DNA of 63,068 bases, filler included, from Choristocarpus tenellus KU-1152 (Eukaryota; Protista; Phaeophyceae): assembly GCA_964200185.2 (NCBI GenBank). It is 10 parts of 10 records of this genome, joined end to end, with 100 filler letters (N's around TTAATTAATTAA, not from the genome) between each part and the next. Parts side by side here need not be neighbours in the genome. Positions count along the whole stretch, not along the records: positions 24,317 to 37,183 come from CAXNAD020001681.1; positions 37,284 to 40,454 come from CAXNAD020021798.1; positions 40,555 to 43,644 come from CAXNAD020022389.1; 7 more parts are not named here. One strand, given 5' to 3'. How positions within the stretch are numbered: position 1 is the stretch's first letter; every line of letters begins with the position of its first letter. The translations under genes and the position numbers were made by a program. Positions 27,983 to 41,222 of the stretch are shown piece by piece. The notes below the pieces were generated by a model. That model was given only the letters and a program-made list of their open reading frames with translations, was not told the origin of the DNA and searched no databases.

Positions 27983-30889
27983 GTGCATGCCCACACCCTT
28001 TACCCCGAATGATAGTGCTTGGTTGACAAAAATAGCGCCGGGAAGCTGTCTGTGAAGAAAAAAGAAAAGGTGTTAGTTCAGAATTCAAGCTTATGTAATG
28101 CCTTCGCAACGTCTGGTTGAAATATCAAAGTTGCAATCCTGAATGTACAAGGGGTAAAATATATAATACCCAATATTTATTGGGGTATCTAAAAAATGAA
28201 CAAGAAAATGACTGCACTGCCTACCTGTCTTTTTTTTTTAATAACTACTCTTGTTTCTTTGCAATAGCTGGTGTTTTCACTTCACAAAGAAAGCTTCTTA
28301 TCTTAAGAAAGCCTCAACACAAATTTCGATCAAAACGTGTGAATTCTGTTTTGTCTCTGTCAAGCTTTGCTTCTTAGATCGTCTCGTGTTTTGCCAAGTC
28401 AAGGCTCTATCCGAGTCAGAACCACCGGGAGTGGGCTTCTGATATTGAAATTTTAAGGACCCTTCATAGAAAATACTCACAACTGTGTTATCAGCTTCGA
28501 AGTGTCTGTGACTGACTGAATGTTTTAAAAACCTTGCTCTGATTGGACTAAACTGTAGTGTTTCCCAGTCGGCATATTAACATGCCATGTGAAGGTGTTA
28601 AGCATGCTGTGGGGCACAACGGCCAACTATCACCTCAACTAGTGTTGGAGTGTGTGCCGTGAGTTTATCCAACAGAGAGATGACCGGGGTTGCATTCTAG
28701 GGATCCCCGAGAGAGTGTAAATAGATGCCGTTCTTGTACAATTGTGGAGAGAGACTTTGCTGAATTGTGGTGTCACTTTGTGTGAGGAAAGGGGACTATC
28801 GATTTTGCGTAATCTATTGTCCACAAAAAGCAGTGAGATAGAGTGCATCGCACAGGGAAAGAAAGATGACTTGGAATGCCTGCCTCTCAACTGGTTTGGC
28901 TCCATGCATGAGGTTTGTGGGGAGTGCCTACGTCGTGGATTGATTCCTTAGTATATCGAGGAATTGGAATATATGACGCTGAGGAAAACTCGCTGACTAC
29001 TATTTTAGGGGAATTGGAACCCACCCAGTCATCTCGTTGATGCCCTGCTTGTCACTGGTCTACCAGGAACATTGCATTTGTGGACAACCTGATTTGGTCA
29101 AGCTTAGTGAGACCGTTCATTATACATCCTTATATTTCAATAACCTGAGGTGGTTGTTGCTGCTGTACCCCCTGTCAGCATACAATGAAACTGTGATGAG
29201 GTGGTTCGATCAGCGGTTAGTTCTTACGTATATAAAACGCGTTGGTTCGTTGGAAACCAGGGGGGTTTGGGATAGCAGTGGTCCATAGTGATGGGATAGC
29301 ATCTAGCACAAAGTGTATCGAATAGAACTCTTCGGAGGAAGTGAAAATTGGTGTATCTATAAATGTAATACCTGAGTTACTTATAGTGGCAACAAACCTC
29401 TCTAAGACTCGTGGGGGACATCACCAAGGTGGAGTTTTGCTCTCAACACTGGCAAGACTTGGTTGGTGCTCAGGAATATTTGCACGAGTACTGGCTGCAA
29501 GTACTGAGTGTGTGCTGTGAATTATTCAGAAGCCCGTTTTAGGAGATTTCCCGTCCAGTTTGCTGATCCAACTTTTTGTCCAGCCAATATTGAAGCATAT
29601 GACTGAACATAAACCATGGAGGCTTTCCCCTGCTCATGAAGGCCCAATCAACATGCCTGGACACTGTGTGTGGTTGGACAGTCCTAGTGAGGCAGTGAGG
29701 AAACGGCAGTACTATAATTGACCCCCTTTGAAGAAATCCAATGATGCCAAAATTGAGGGAGGAGATTGTTGCTGAGTGACTGCTCCCCATTGGCTCACTG
29801 TGGCATACAGGTGATTGTTGGAACTTGATCGGTGTGTAATCGCTGCTTTTTTGTCTCATCCCCCCATACTCTCATTGATCTTCATGAGACTGATTACACT
29901 TTACAACCAAAAGATATCCAAATCAAAGATGTCGGAATCCCTTTTGAGACCTTAATTGTCTGACAGCAAAATGTTGGAATACTGCGAGAAGGGTATTGGA
30001 TAATCAATATCGAAAAAACATCTACCAGGTGTGTGCTTTGGAAGATTAATACATTTCCACTAATGCATGGGAGGTCTTTCGAATGGGTAAGCGTCCTCCT
30101 TGCTAGATTGTTCATATTGCCAACTTTTGATATTTTTTTGTTTTTTTATGCTGCAGTACTCCAGAGGAACACACTTAATAGGTAGTAGCTAGAAAGACAG
30201 CTTTGCAGCAGTACATCTACATAATGCAACCATGATGCCAGCACCAGGAGATGCTTGGACATACTTAAGCAGCAACACCTGCCACACTATAAACATGTAT
30301 GAGAGGAACCACTGATTGAGATATCATTCTTGTGGTACAGTTGTGGAAAAACACATTTGTTTTTTTTATCTATCATTCCCATCCCTAACACCGTTTCCAC
30401 ACTTAGTCCTAACCCTAACTCTAGCGCAACCACCCAAATGACAGACAGTAGTAGTATAATACTCCAGTGTATATTAAGGTGTTTACAGAGCCTAAGTCAT
30501 TATTCAGTTAGTGACACTGAAGCCTGGAGAAATTTTCACAACAAATACACATCAGATTGTGTGTCATAACGTTGAAACCTCTTTTTTTTTTGTATCTGAG
30601 TTGGTATCATAATAAAGTACTAAATGACGAGTAGTTTGGGTGTTAGCAATTGACGTAACGTAAATTTAAACACAGAGAAATGTTATGAGGCATAATAGTA
30701 TATTATCTTAGTGTTTGTGGTATATTTGGTATTGAAACAGGGAATGTGTTTTGGACAGATATCTTTCAGATTTAGGACAACTACTGTTAACTTTTATATG
30801 GGTCTTTGTTATATTGATTTGACTTTTTACGTCAGACTGGTTAATTTTGAGAAGAACAGTATAATAGGTTGATAATTCTAATATGGTGA

Positions 30890-31350
30890 TCTCAACACCT
30901 TCGCGGTGGAAAGTTTTGGGCACCTCTGCGAGCAAGCGGAATGCTTCCTGGATGAGCTGACTACTCATATACATGGTGGGGGGGAGAGGAACTGGAGGAT
31001 TTAGCAGGAAAGGAGTAGTCAAATCCCGGCTACGCCAAATTGTCTCAGTGACTACGCAAGTGGCACTATCTAGACGTGTCATGCGTTTCAAGCTAGAGTA
31101 ACCAGGGAGATGGGCAAGGAGGGGTTTATTGGATTCTTGGGATGCCTCCCTAGCTCCTCCCCCTGGGGTGCAGGAGTAGATAGTTTGGAGGCACAGGAAG
31201 TACAACAACATTGATAGTGGTGAAGTAACAAATAGTGTTTTTCACATTTATGATATTTTATTTATTTAGGGCTTATTATACTGACATATGTATAGTTTTC
31301 ATTTGTTTCCCCCCTGACACATCTGGAAAATGTCAGAGGGCATAATAATA
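30890..31350 (+). mobile_element. 5'-truncated CRE/RLE-type non-LTR retrotransposon (ORF C-terminus plus 3' UTR)
   Basis: TFAVESFGHLCEQAECFLDELTTH...KGVVKSRLRQIVSVTTQVALSRRVMRFKLE* is the end of a restriction-like endonuclease domain. Homologous to 49060-49560 in reverse, including a 3' ccctgaca...tgtcagaggg hairpin. Confidence 0.75.
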
Positions 31351-31883
31351 TACATTATAGTACGTCTGTAATATCTTTCTTACCGATTTATCAAAAATGA
31401 GGAGGAACCGATAAACTTTTTGATAACCACACAAACCACCCTTCACACTATTTTTTTATAATGAGGAAAGTATGCAATAATGCAATCTGGGTGTAGGCCG
31501 TTGAGTAGAGCCCCCCAAAAGATCTAGAGCTGCGATAGGTGTGTTATAGTGACTTTGTGGTTTGTGGGACAAGAGAATGCTGTCTGACACGAGTATTCCA
31601 CCCTCACATCGAAACAGTGACCTAGAAGTAGACGAAGTTGGTGTTGTGCCCTAACCTTCTTAAACCCATAGAAATATTAGCTTGAAGTTTTTTGGGTCTA
31701 CCACTCTTCTGTTTTGGAATAGTTACATACACAATCCCTAATTTCGAGTAGATTCCATTTCAAGGTTTCACGACAAGCTTAGCAAGAGAAAGAGAACATG
31801 GATTGGTTCAGTTGTTGGGTCACACGCACGGTATATGTGGATTGACATCTAGCTTACACTCAACAATACCCCTTTCCACACAG

Positions 31884-33473
31884 GGTGCTCTCTCAGCAAA
31901 GCACTATTGGGCTCGTGCTGGAGCACTGTGTGAGAACAGAACTGGTGCTGGTGACTCTGCCATACGCGATTTAGTCAGTGAGTACATCTCTGAAAATGAG
32001 AATGAGACAGAGGATAGACCTAGAATACCGTTTTATGCTGGGGAATTGGATAAAGAGAGGTCTGCAGATGGGAGTGATGAATTGGATGGAGCGGGATCTG
32101 CAGGTGGGAACGATGAAATGGATGAAATGGGGTCTGCAGATGGGAGTGAATCCAACGAAAGGTCTGAGGTTTCGACCGAGACTCGAGAAAGAGATGACCC
32201 TGGAGTGAGGGCTGAGACTTGGGTCAGCACTGGCACTGAGGCTGAGGTCGGTGCTCATCTTGGGCAACTAGATGAGACTAGGTCTAGGTCTGAAAATGAA
32301 ATGTGGTCCACGACTGCAACAGGCAATGAGACCAACGCAATGGATGGACTTCAGGCTATTCCTGAGATAGGGACTGAAACTAGTAATGGGACTAGTGTCT
32401 TACGTTCGAGTGTTACAGACTCTGGGGCCGAGGCTCTGCATGAGGCTGGTGGTAGGGGCACAGGGTTGGGCAGGGCAGCGACTCGATCTAGTTCGAGCAT
32501 TGAAGTTGGGGTGAATCTTCGGCGGGACAGATTCAAGGATGGGGACTCACGCAATGAAATTGCTAGGTTTGGGGGGGGTGCAAGAGTTGAGTCAGGGGTA
32601 AACCTACCTGATCCCAACGGGAAAGGCAAAGGCAAATCCATGTACCGTGCTTGGGTCAAGGGAAACGTTCAAGATGGGGCTAAGCCCAGGGATAGGACTG
32701 ATTGTAAGATGTCAGGAAAGGCTGGGGGTCTGACTGATGCATGGGCTGAGACCGATTCAGAGGTTCCAATGACAAGGTCCAAGTCCAAGGGTATGGAGAG
32801 GGCAGCCACCTTCAAGACCTGGTCCAAGAAAAGCGATACCAAGACAATGGACAACGTGGGTATCAAAACCAAAATCAAAGTCAATGGTGCCACTCAGGCG
32901 AAAGCTCGCTTCGGGTTGAAAAACCAGAAGAGGTTTGTGGAAGGAGCTGGGTCGGTGGAGAGTGTTATGGCCAGGGCTAGTTCCAGGGCTGCAGAAGACT
33001 CCCACTTTGATTGCAGAATCAAGGAAGGAGTTTGCCAAAGAGCCGATGCTGATGGTGTAACTAGTCCATCCAAAACTCTTTTGAAGAACAAGACCAGGAT
33101 GACCACGTATAAAGATGGGGACTGGGCACAGACCAAGGTCAAGACCAAGGCAGCCAATTTCGTTGAGACCCAGTGCATGGCTCGTCAGAGGCTCAAGTCC
33201 TTGAAGAGGGGAAATGTGGTTGCCGTTGGAGATGGAGTGGCGATTGATATCAGCAAAGGAACTGGGGAAGGGATGGAAACCACTTGGGGTTGTGGAGCGG
33301 AGGTGGAGAAGAAGGAATCAAATAGGGATAAGGACGAGGAGGAGGGTGCTGAAGTGGAGACTGCAGTGGACACGGAAGAGGAGGCAGGGGAACGGACAAG
33401 GCAGGACACTGTCAGGTACCAGGGTTTACTGGATGAGGACCGACCCCCATTAGACCAAAGGGACTTAATTTAA
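31884..33473 (+). CDS. Large low-complexity exon (acidic and G/K/T-rich), possibly downstream in the PAH gene
   Basis: About 530 stop-free codons after the acceptor cctttccacacag. Phase 0 is compatible with the donor at 27982. Ends either at a donor at 33416 or at the TAA at 33473. Confidence 0.6.
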   Translation, partial: GALSAKHYWARAGALCENRTGAGDSAIRDLVSEYISENENETEDRPRIPFYAGELDKERSADGSDELDGAGSAGGNDEMDEMGSADGSESNERSEVSTETRERDDPGVRAETWVSTGTEAEVGAHLGQLDETRSRSENEMWSTTATGNETNAMDGLQAIPEIGTETSNGTSVLRSSVTDSGAEALHEAGGRGTGLGRAATRSSSSIEVGVNLRRDRFKDGDSRNEIARFGGGARVESGVNLPDPNGKGKGKSMYRAWVKGNVQDGAKPRDRTDCKMSGKAGGLTDAWAETDSEVPMTRSKSKGMERAATFKTWSKKSDTKTMDNVGIKTKIKVNGATQAKARFGLKNQKRFVEGAGSVESVMARASSRAAEDSHFDCRIKEGVCQRADADGVTSPSKTLLKNKTRMTTYKDGDWAQTKVKTKAANFVETQCMARQRLKSLKRGNVVAVGDGVAIDISKGTGEGMETTWGCGAEVEKKESNRDKDEEEGAEVETAVDTEEEAGERTRQDTVRYQGLLDEDRPPLDQRDLI

Positions 33474-36400
33474 AGGTGAGGAATGGAGAGAAACGCTCAG
33501 GATGATAGCCCTGAAAACAAATGTCTTGGCACCTGTGTGATTTCACTGCCTTTCTCTAAACCCTGTTCCTCCTGACTAATATGTTCACAACATTCCTTTC
33601 CCCGTTAATTGTACTGGTCAAACATCATGCAGAGGGACGTATTTCTATTCTCGCTTTTTTTTTTTTGATAGATTGACAAGAATTAGTCTGCAAGTATATT
33701 TCGAGGTATTACTTAGGAAATGTATTGCGACATATATACAAATAAATGTAGTAAGTAAATAGAATGCAAAGGTACCTAATCTGCGCATTCCAGACTGAGA
33801 CACTTTGACTGTTCCCAGCTTCCACTGTCTTCCCGGTGACAATTATGACAGTGCGCACTTAAACCTTCCCAGTCGATCCTAGACTACGTTCCATTGCTGG
33901 TTCCTTGGCGACACTTGGATAATTGGTAGCCCAAGACACTCTGCCCCATAGCCCCCATTTGTAGTGATCTTTCAAAAACATTCCCACTATTGAAAATGCA
34001 TTGTACCAGGTGCAACCGTTGCCTTCATCCAAGTACACAGGTGATTAGAGGGGTCAGCAAGGAGTTTGATGTCTTCAAGGGTCGTAACCAACAGTTGAAT
34101 GCAGTGGAGGGGAGGTGCTGAGGTAGAGGAGGTTAACACTTTAGTGTAACAGACTGTCACAGTGGCCTCTACGACATGCCGAGCACCCCAGGTGGCAGTT
34201 GGTACTACAGGGCAATTATTTAAGATGAGCTTCGTTGTGAACCTATGTGAGGTGTATTGCACAACAGAGTTTTCATACTTCATGTGTTTGTTGAGGTATG
34301 AATGAATTGTGCAATCGATAGCTGTACCAGGCAGGACCTTTCAGAGTTTGTTGTACGTGTGTGATCCTTATCGTTGGGTTGAAGTACAGGATATGTGAAA
34401 GAGATGTATTTACAGATTGCGCTTTGATTCTAGTATTTTAGAGGAGTTAACGTGACCTGCGTTTGCAGCGAATACTCTGAGCAATAATTGTTCACTGCTT
34501 TGAATGCTTTGAAGGCAGGAGAATGCAGTAATTGATCTTGGCTTGTGATTCGTAGCCATCTTTCTATTTCCGGGTTATGAATTTTTGCCAGTGTGAGACC
34601 GGGGCTGCCAGAGGTGTGGATTTTGAGGGTAGCAAGTAACGCCACTGAGATAGACACAGCCCAAGTTGCAGATGGAGGGTAGGGTCAAGGTGAGTGAATG
34701 GTGCTGGGCATGCATCTAGAATAGGAATGGCGATAGATAAGGGCGAGGGAAACAAACACCAATAGAAAGAGCATCGTCGTAGTGGATGTCTACAATATAG
34801 GGAGGGGGGGAAGGAGGGAGGAAGGGAGGAAAGCAACAAGAGAGCTGATTGGAGCAGTATATCCGGAGAAACATACGCCGGGTGGTGCAGAGGTGATGTC
34901 ATCACCGTGATCAGGGATAGCTTGCAGATACAATGGCAGTTGTGTTCGAGAGGGAGGGCCATGGCTGAGGATGGTATTGCAGTCGTGTAGGGTGGGAAGT
35001 GACACAGCAGGGAATTGTAGGGACAAAGGGGGGAGATTGGGGAAAAAAGCATGGATGGGATGTCAGCGCAGCTATGGTGTTAGTTAGAGGAGGAACCGCT
35101 CTAGACTGATGTCAGGGACAGCAGCAGAGATGCTGGCGGTTTTGGATAAAGGAAGTGCTACGGTGGAGGCAAGATTTCGGCTGTGCTCTTCGAGGAGACG
35201 CTTGGAGAAATAGGAGGGATTCAGTCGAGGCCCTGTGAATGGGGAGGTGGTGGAGGAGGAGGAGGAGGTGGGAGGATCTCACGCAAATTGTTATAATCTG
35301 CAGAAGTATCAAATCCAAGCACTGTACAGTAGTGCACCGGGTAAGGTAAGTTTGTTCATTTTTTGTGGATTTTGATGCCTCCGTCCTTATCTTCCTCACC
35401 CCCAAGGCACAAACTATGACAGTATTCGACTTACCAGCCAGTGTGCAACCTGACGTAATGGGCAAGCAAGGGTGTACCGGGGGAGGGTGGTTCCGCTGGC
35501 GACTGTCTTGGAATAGGATGAGTAGAAGTCCTTAATTTTCCCTATATTCAGCATAATAATTTCTCGTTATCTATTTTTTTGCCCAATATGTGTGTACCGT
35601 CTAATATTGGTTGGGTGCCCTTGCAGCTGATGTGATATGCCACATGTTCCACACAACACTCCATACTTCAGAAGATTTAATGAAGTAGTTGCTTCCTCTC
35701 ACGTGTTTTGAGATTTCTTCTTTCCTTCATGGTTGGTCTCTTCTTACCCCTTACCCCTTACCCCTTCCCCCTCCCCAGTTTTACGAAGCTCGAATCGACT
35801 TGGTTGTGGGAGGAAGATGCATGCAGAAGCCTCCTCCGATTGTAACTCTACTTTCAAGTCTTGTCTAACATCTAAAATTCAATGCAATCCCTTTATCTCC
35901 TCACACAGCTCCTTTCATCAGACATAAGTGGAGGAGGCTTGTGGAATGGCAAGGAAAAGCCATCATTTCCAGCTGGAGTTGCTAAGGCCATTGCCATGCA
36001 CACAGATATCCAGCAAGACAAAAAGGACATGGTGAAGATCACTATTGAGCATATTAGGACAGCGTGCTAGTCTCACTAGAAATTTTTGTGCACCAGATGA
36101 TTGTAAGATCTAGAAGACACATTGACATACGCATCAGCTGCATTCAAAGCTTTGAGGATTTCAACAGGGTGTTTCTCGCAAGTCCAAAATATCTTAAGAT
36201 ATACTGTATCTTTACGAGCTCTCATTCCAATCATCAACTGAGTCCTTAAACAGTGCTACAACCTTGCGATCATTTTTTTTTGCTCAGAGACTTTTGGTGA
36301 ATGACCTAGCATTTTTCAATGGGCACATAAACCTAAACCTAAACCTAAACAAGGTACGCAGGCTTAGTGTGACAAATGGCAGATCGACTTCACATTATAT

Positions 36401-36639
36401 TGCTTGTCGTTTTATCCATTTGTTGTGTGTGACGTGGTCATTCATCAGGTAGAAAACAAATCAGCCCCAGCTGTAGTGGGGTTGTATATACACACACCTC
36501 AGGCAGAGTAGCGACCGGAGATCTCACAACTTAATGTTTTTATCACAATCAGTGAACCTTGCCCGAATGGCGCTAAACTCTGTCCTGATATATTGGACCT
36601 TACATACAGGCCAGAGGGGCTCGAGTGTTTGCTACGACG

Positions 36640-36680
36640 GACACTACATACAGACACTACATACAGACACTACATACAGA
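36640..36680. repeat. 13-bp tandem repeat, 3 copies (gacactacataca)
   Basis: Seen directly in the sequence. Confidence 0.9.
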
Positions 36681-37155
36681 GCAAATTGCCCGAACCCATG
36701 CTGAGATTTGCTCTGACAATGGACATGTTTGAGCTAATAGCTGCCGATGTTGATCCAGACAGTAGATGTTATAGGGCAAGTGGGTTTTGGGGGGTGTTTG
36801 CTGGACGAGAAACATAATGGACCTGTGGAATCTTGTCCTGACACTTGAGGGTTATACAACAACGCGAATGTGCTATAATATTCTAAGCCCAGGGTCCACG
36901 CAATCATTGGGCGTTTGGGCCATTCATAAGGTGACCAAGAATGCCCAGTCCACAGAGCACCCATCAGTTCCAGAGGGGACTCCAGCACATGGTTGCCTAG
37001 TGAACTCTTTCCTGAGCAAGTTCAAACTGGTGTGTATGCAGAACTCGAAGGTGCACAAGGGTATCCTCAAGGTCCACATGGAGGCAGCCCTTGGTGTGGA
37101 AGAAGGGTCCCCGTCGCAGAGTCCATAGATGGGGTCTCATGTTTGGGCCGGACCA

Positions 37156-37183
37156 GGGTCAAAGTGTCTGGGGGGGGGGGAGG
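37156..37183 (+). mobile_element. MITE family B end at a contig end
   Basis: gggtcaaagtgtct followed by a G-run. Confidence 0.75.
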
Positions 37184-37472
37184 NNNNNNNNNNNNNNNNN
37201 NNNNNNNNNNNNNNNNNNNNNNNNNNNTTAATTAATTAANNNNNNNNNNNNNNNNNNNNNNNNNNNNNNNNNNNNNNNNNNNNTTCCTCCCCCCAACCCC
37301 TACCATGAACAAGCCTACAGTAAATAATCCCCCCCCTACCCCCCCCCCCCCCCCCCCCCCTCACACTCCCCAACCCCTGCATAGGAACCTACAACATCAA
37401 ATAATCTCTCAAAAACACGCCAACAGCTCCTACACCACCCCCCCCTCCCCACACCCCGCTGGCCTCACTCAC

Positions 37473-39651
37473 CATATCCAAAAACTGTGTGAGGAAGAGG
37501 AGGAGATGAAAGTCTGACAGGAGGTCTACGTAAGTGAAGCCCTGTGACCCTGCCCTGCCCAGCTGTCGCTTCACATCATTCCATGTCTGAACCACACCCT
37601 CCCTGTTGGCCCTCGGAAAGTCATGAACAAATCGAGCACTATCATGCTGTTCAATGGGAACTGTGCTGAGGAACATGCTTGTATCCACCTGCTTGGTCAT
37701 TTGGTTAAGATTTATGGACAGGGGGGGGGGGGATAGCAATATTAATATTAAACTGTCGGGAATGTAAATGTACNNNNNNNNNNAAAGGGAAATTGTGGTG
37801 AAAAACTTTTTGTTCCCCCCGTGTTTTGTTTTTTGTTTAAGTTTGAGGGGGGGGGGGGGGGGGGGGATAGCAATATTAATATTAAACTGTCGGGAATGTA
37901 AATGTACCTATTTCATTGGTTCAAAGTGACAACTCTAATCCTGACATACTCTGCAGGTAAAAGCAAAGGATTATACTGTACCATAAACCAGGGATTTTAT
38001 AAACATGGAAGGGGAAGGGAGCGCAGTGGCATTGTACAATAATAGTAACAGAACCCGATCAAAAGGATTTGGGTATAGCCATGCAATATCTGTAAATAGT
38101 TACACTTACGAGAGTGTGCCTGTGTATTAGGCACTTGAATGCTCACTGCAAGTACAGGGACACATGGAGGACTAAATGCGCTTTGCTTAGACAGCCAGCA
38201 CTCTCTCTCCCTTCAGCCTCCTTTCAGAAGAGTCCCTGAGAGTTCTCCTCCAAGTACTGACAGCGTTTCATGGTCACCATATTATACCACACACTTGTAA
38301 ATATATACATACTTATGATACCACACACCAAACACCTCACACGTGCAGATGATAGATGATACTAATCTCAAACGAAATGTTCTTCGATTCCAGCCCGAAC
38401 AGCAAACAAAGCAACTCTCAACCTACTGGAGAAAAAATAAAAAATGAATGAAGAGGAGGACAGCCTCAGTTAGCACCAACCATGGGAAAAAAAGAACACT
38501 CTTAGGGTTAGGGTTAGCAAGTACCATAGATCACCTCTTTTGCCTCCTTCATCTCCACTACAGCTGTGAATGTCTCTGGAATAGAACAGCTGCCAGGGTT
38601 CTCGCCTTCGGTGAGGCGATCCCACGACAAAAAGAACCATAGGTAGCACAGGCAGGATGACAGTTACAAAATACAGCAGATGACGGTTACAGAATAGAAC
38701 ACAATGTTAATGAGGCCCTATGAGTGCAAGCAAAGTGGAATCACTTTCAGGTTCATCCCAGGTAATGTACTGATATCAAAAAATCATAACCTTTCACCGG
38801 AGAGATGCCTGTCCCACAGACTTCAAATTGATCACCCAGGTGAATATTACAGTGTATTATTATTATTATTATATTATTATTATTACAGTGAATGTTACAG
38901 TGCGGGTACACCTGACCGTAGGCAAACTTCATCCCTTAGCAACCAACGTGAGCACTGGGCCGGAAGGGGGGTAGGAGAACGCTGCGATATTTTTGAGACC
39001 CCAAGTCTAGTGTGCACTACATCAACAGGCTGCAGAAGGAACCAAACACACAAATACTCCAGAGTACTTTTCATTAATAATAACAATGATAATAATAATA
39101 ATAATAGTAATAAAAACAATAATAAAAACAGTAATAGTAACAAAAATAGAACACGGGTACTAACAGTACCTCCAATTTGGTGCAATGAACCGTACCTCTT
39201 TTGAGTCCTCACACAATGACAACGCCACATACAAAAAAAAAAGAAACCCCCCCCCCCACCCCCGACCGCAAACCAGACCAACAACCAACCCTACTCCCAC
39301 AACACGACTCGGAACGACCTCACCATCTCCGACTGAAAGCAAGACAGACGTCCATTGTTATTCGAACAGCACGATTGGGAACGACTTCCACAACACGATC
39401 AGACCAGAGCATTTAACCCTATAACCCTAACAGCGGTAAAGAAGGGACAACTATCACTAACGTCATCACAAATCACATACCTGCAAAAAGAAAACAATAT
39501 ACTAAGACACAAAACTCACCAACACACCAAGACACAAAGACAGGTTTCAAAACTCACCAACGTCTAGCGCCCCCTCTGCGGCCATCTCCATGGCTTGCTT
39601 TGACACCTGGAATGCATCGAAGTGTACATTTCCATCAGACTCCGCTGTCAC
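37473..39651 (-). CDS. NPL4: NPL4-like protein (Cdc48/p97 cofactor), internal exons 39651-39558, 38605-38535, 37688-37473
   Basis: In-frame splice gives VTAESDGNVHFDAFQVSKQAMEM...KEVDTSMFL...FPRANRE...LSDFHLLLFL, which are characteristic NPL4 C-terminal motifs. Confidence 0.88.
39075..39145. repeat. (AAT)n-like microsatellite; similar tracts at about 38855-38885, 39858-39915 and 51680-51750
   Basis: Seen directly in the sequence. Confidence 0.9.
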
Positions 39652-40419
39652 CTAGGAGATGCAAGTGATGCACGTTGGGGAGAAGGAGGGCACCCATGGC
39701 TGAAGATTGGAAGCGAAACATGTACTTTGTACTTTGTAGTTTCATCTCTATGTTTTTATATTCTCAAGTGTATGCTTGATATATACATGCGTAATTCTTC
39801 GTTATCAAGAACATTTTCTTCACTGCCATGCTTTTTTTTTTTTCAGAAGTGAATTTTTATTATTATTGTTGTTGATATTACTCTTATCATCATCATCATT
39901 ATTATTGTTGTTGTTACTTATTGTCACTGCCATTATAGTTGGTGTTGATACTGTTGTCTTATCATGCCTCATAGCGGAACGGATATTGTTTTACTATTAT
40001 TGTCCTAATTATTAATATTTTTATTATTGTTGATGTCACTGTTACTATTATTATTATTATTTCCAATATTACTATCGAATCTAAGGCATAAAGGCAAATA
40101 TCACCCAGGACATTTCTTATGAGATTCTCATTACCTCCCCTTCCCTCTTCAGAATCGGAATTATTTCAAAAAGTTTGCGACGAGAAAAAAAAGGGCTACA
40201 TCGGGAAGGCGTTTCTCACAGCTCCACACCACAGAGCAGGCGGCATGCAAAACAAACACGATGGACTTTGAGTCCGATTTTTGCTGACATTTTAGGGTAT
40301 ACCTCAAAATCGGTTTCATCAACGCAGCCAAAAAAAAAGAGCTGTGAAAATCTGATGCCCTCTTTGTGCAACTATAGCAACCCCCCCCCCCCCCCCCCAA
40401 ACAAAAAAAAAAAAAAATA

Positions 40420-40454
<35 letters not shown>

Positions 40455-40554
40455 NNNNNNNNNNNNNNNNNNNNNNNNNNNNNNNNNNNNNNNNNNNNTT
40501 AATTAATTAANNNNNNNNNNNNNNNNNNNNNNNNNNNNNNNNNNNNNNNNNNNN

Positions 40555-40712
40555 GGGAGTGTGGGTTGTGGTGTGGAGTCCGGTTGAGAAAAACAATTTT
40601 TTTTTGGCTGACAAATAAAATCCGACACGTGCGACCAAATCACACCAAAAAAATGAAAATCGAAAAAAGGGTAAAAAACGGACGCCGACACCCATACTCA
40701 AAGTTCTCACTC
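40555..40712 (+). mobile_element. MITE-like family C right part, terminus ...caaagttctcactc
   Basis: Homologous to 14148-14245. Ends in CACTC like family A and shares atccgac...gc.accaaatcac with family B. Confidence 0.7.
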
Positions 40713-41038
40713 AAAGGGACAAGAAAAACAGAGAAGAAAAAAAGTCCGAACTGCACATTGAAAGTCCAATGTAGGATACCGGATAATAATTGTAACACAA
40801 CACAAAAAAGAGAACTTCAAGATAAATGATTAGGTCACAGTCGATCACATTCAATTGCCTTATTGTGTGCTGCCGACTTGAACCGGGTGCACCATCCCTT
40901 CCAGTCAAGGGTTCTTTGAAAGGCTTTTCAGTCGTTGCACTTGAGGGCCTTTTCTTTGTAGATCGGGACTTGTCACTGACCCAATGCTCAGACTGTTCAC
41001 CCCGTGCTGACAGCGGTTTTGAGCTGAAATGCATGTGA

Positions 41039-41222
41039 GGTTAGTAAGTGTGGGCGCTTCAATAGAATCAAGGTCAGCATTAAGCAAAAAAAAAATGTTG
41101 ACTATGGTATAAAGGTATGTATAATATATTGGTTAGTAAGTGTGGGCGCTTCAATAGAATCAAGGTCAGCATTAAGCAAAAAAAAATGTTGACTATGGTA
41201 TAAAGGTATGTATAATATATTG
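41039..41222. repeat. Near-perfect 92-bp tandem duplication
   Basis: ggttagtaagtgtgggcg starts at 41039 and 41131; the copies differ only in A-run length. Confidence 0.95.

Noticed and set aside
37720-37907. Direct repeat flanking the 10-N gap
   Set aside because: Identical sequence next to a G-run on both sides of a scaffold gap; most likely an assembly overlap artefact.
38704-40015. ORFs with poly-N, poly-L or poly-Y tracts
   Set aside because: They are translations of intronic AAT/TAT microsatellites.
41039-41222. Functional significance of the 92-bp duplication
   Set aside because: The copies differ only in a homopolymer length, so a mis-assembly cannot be excluded.
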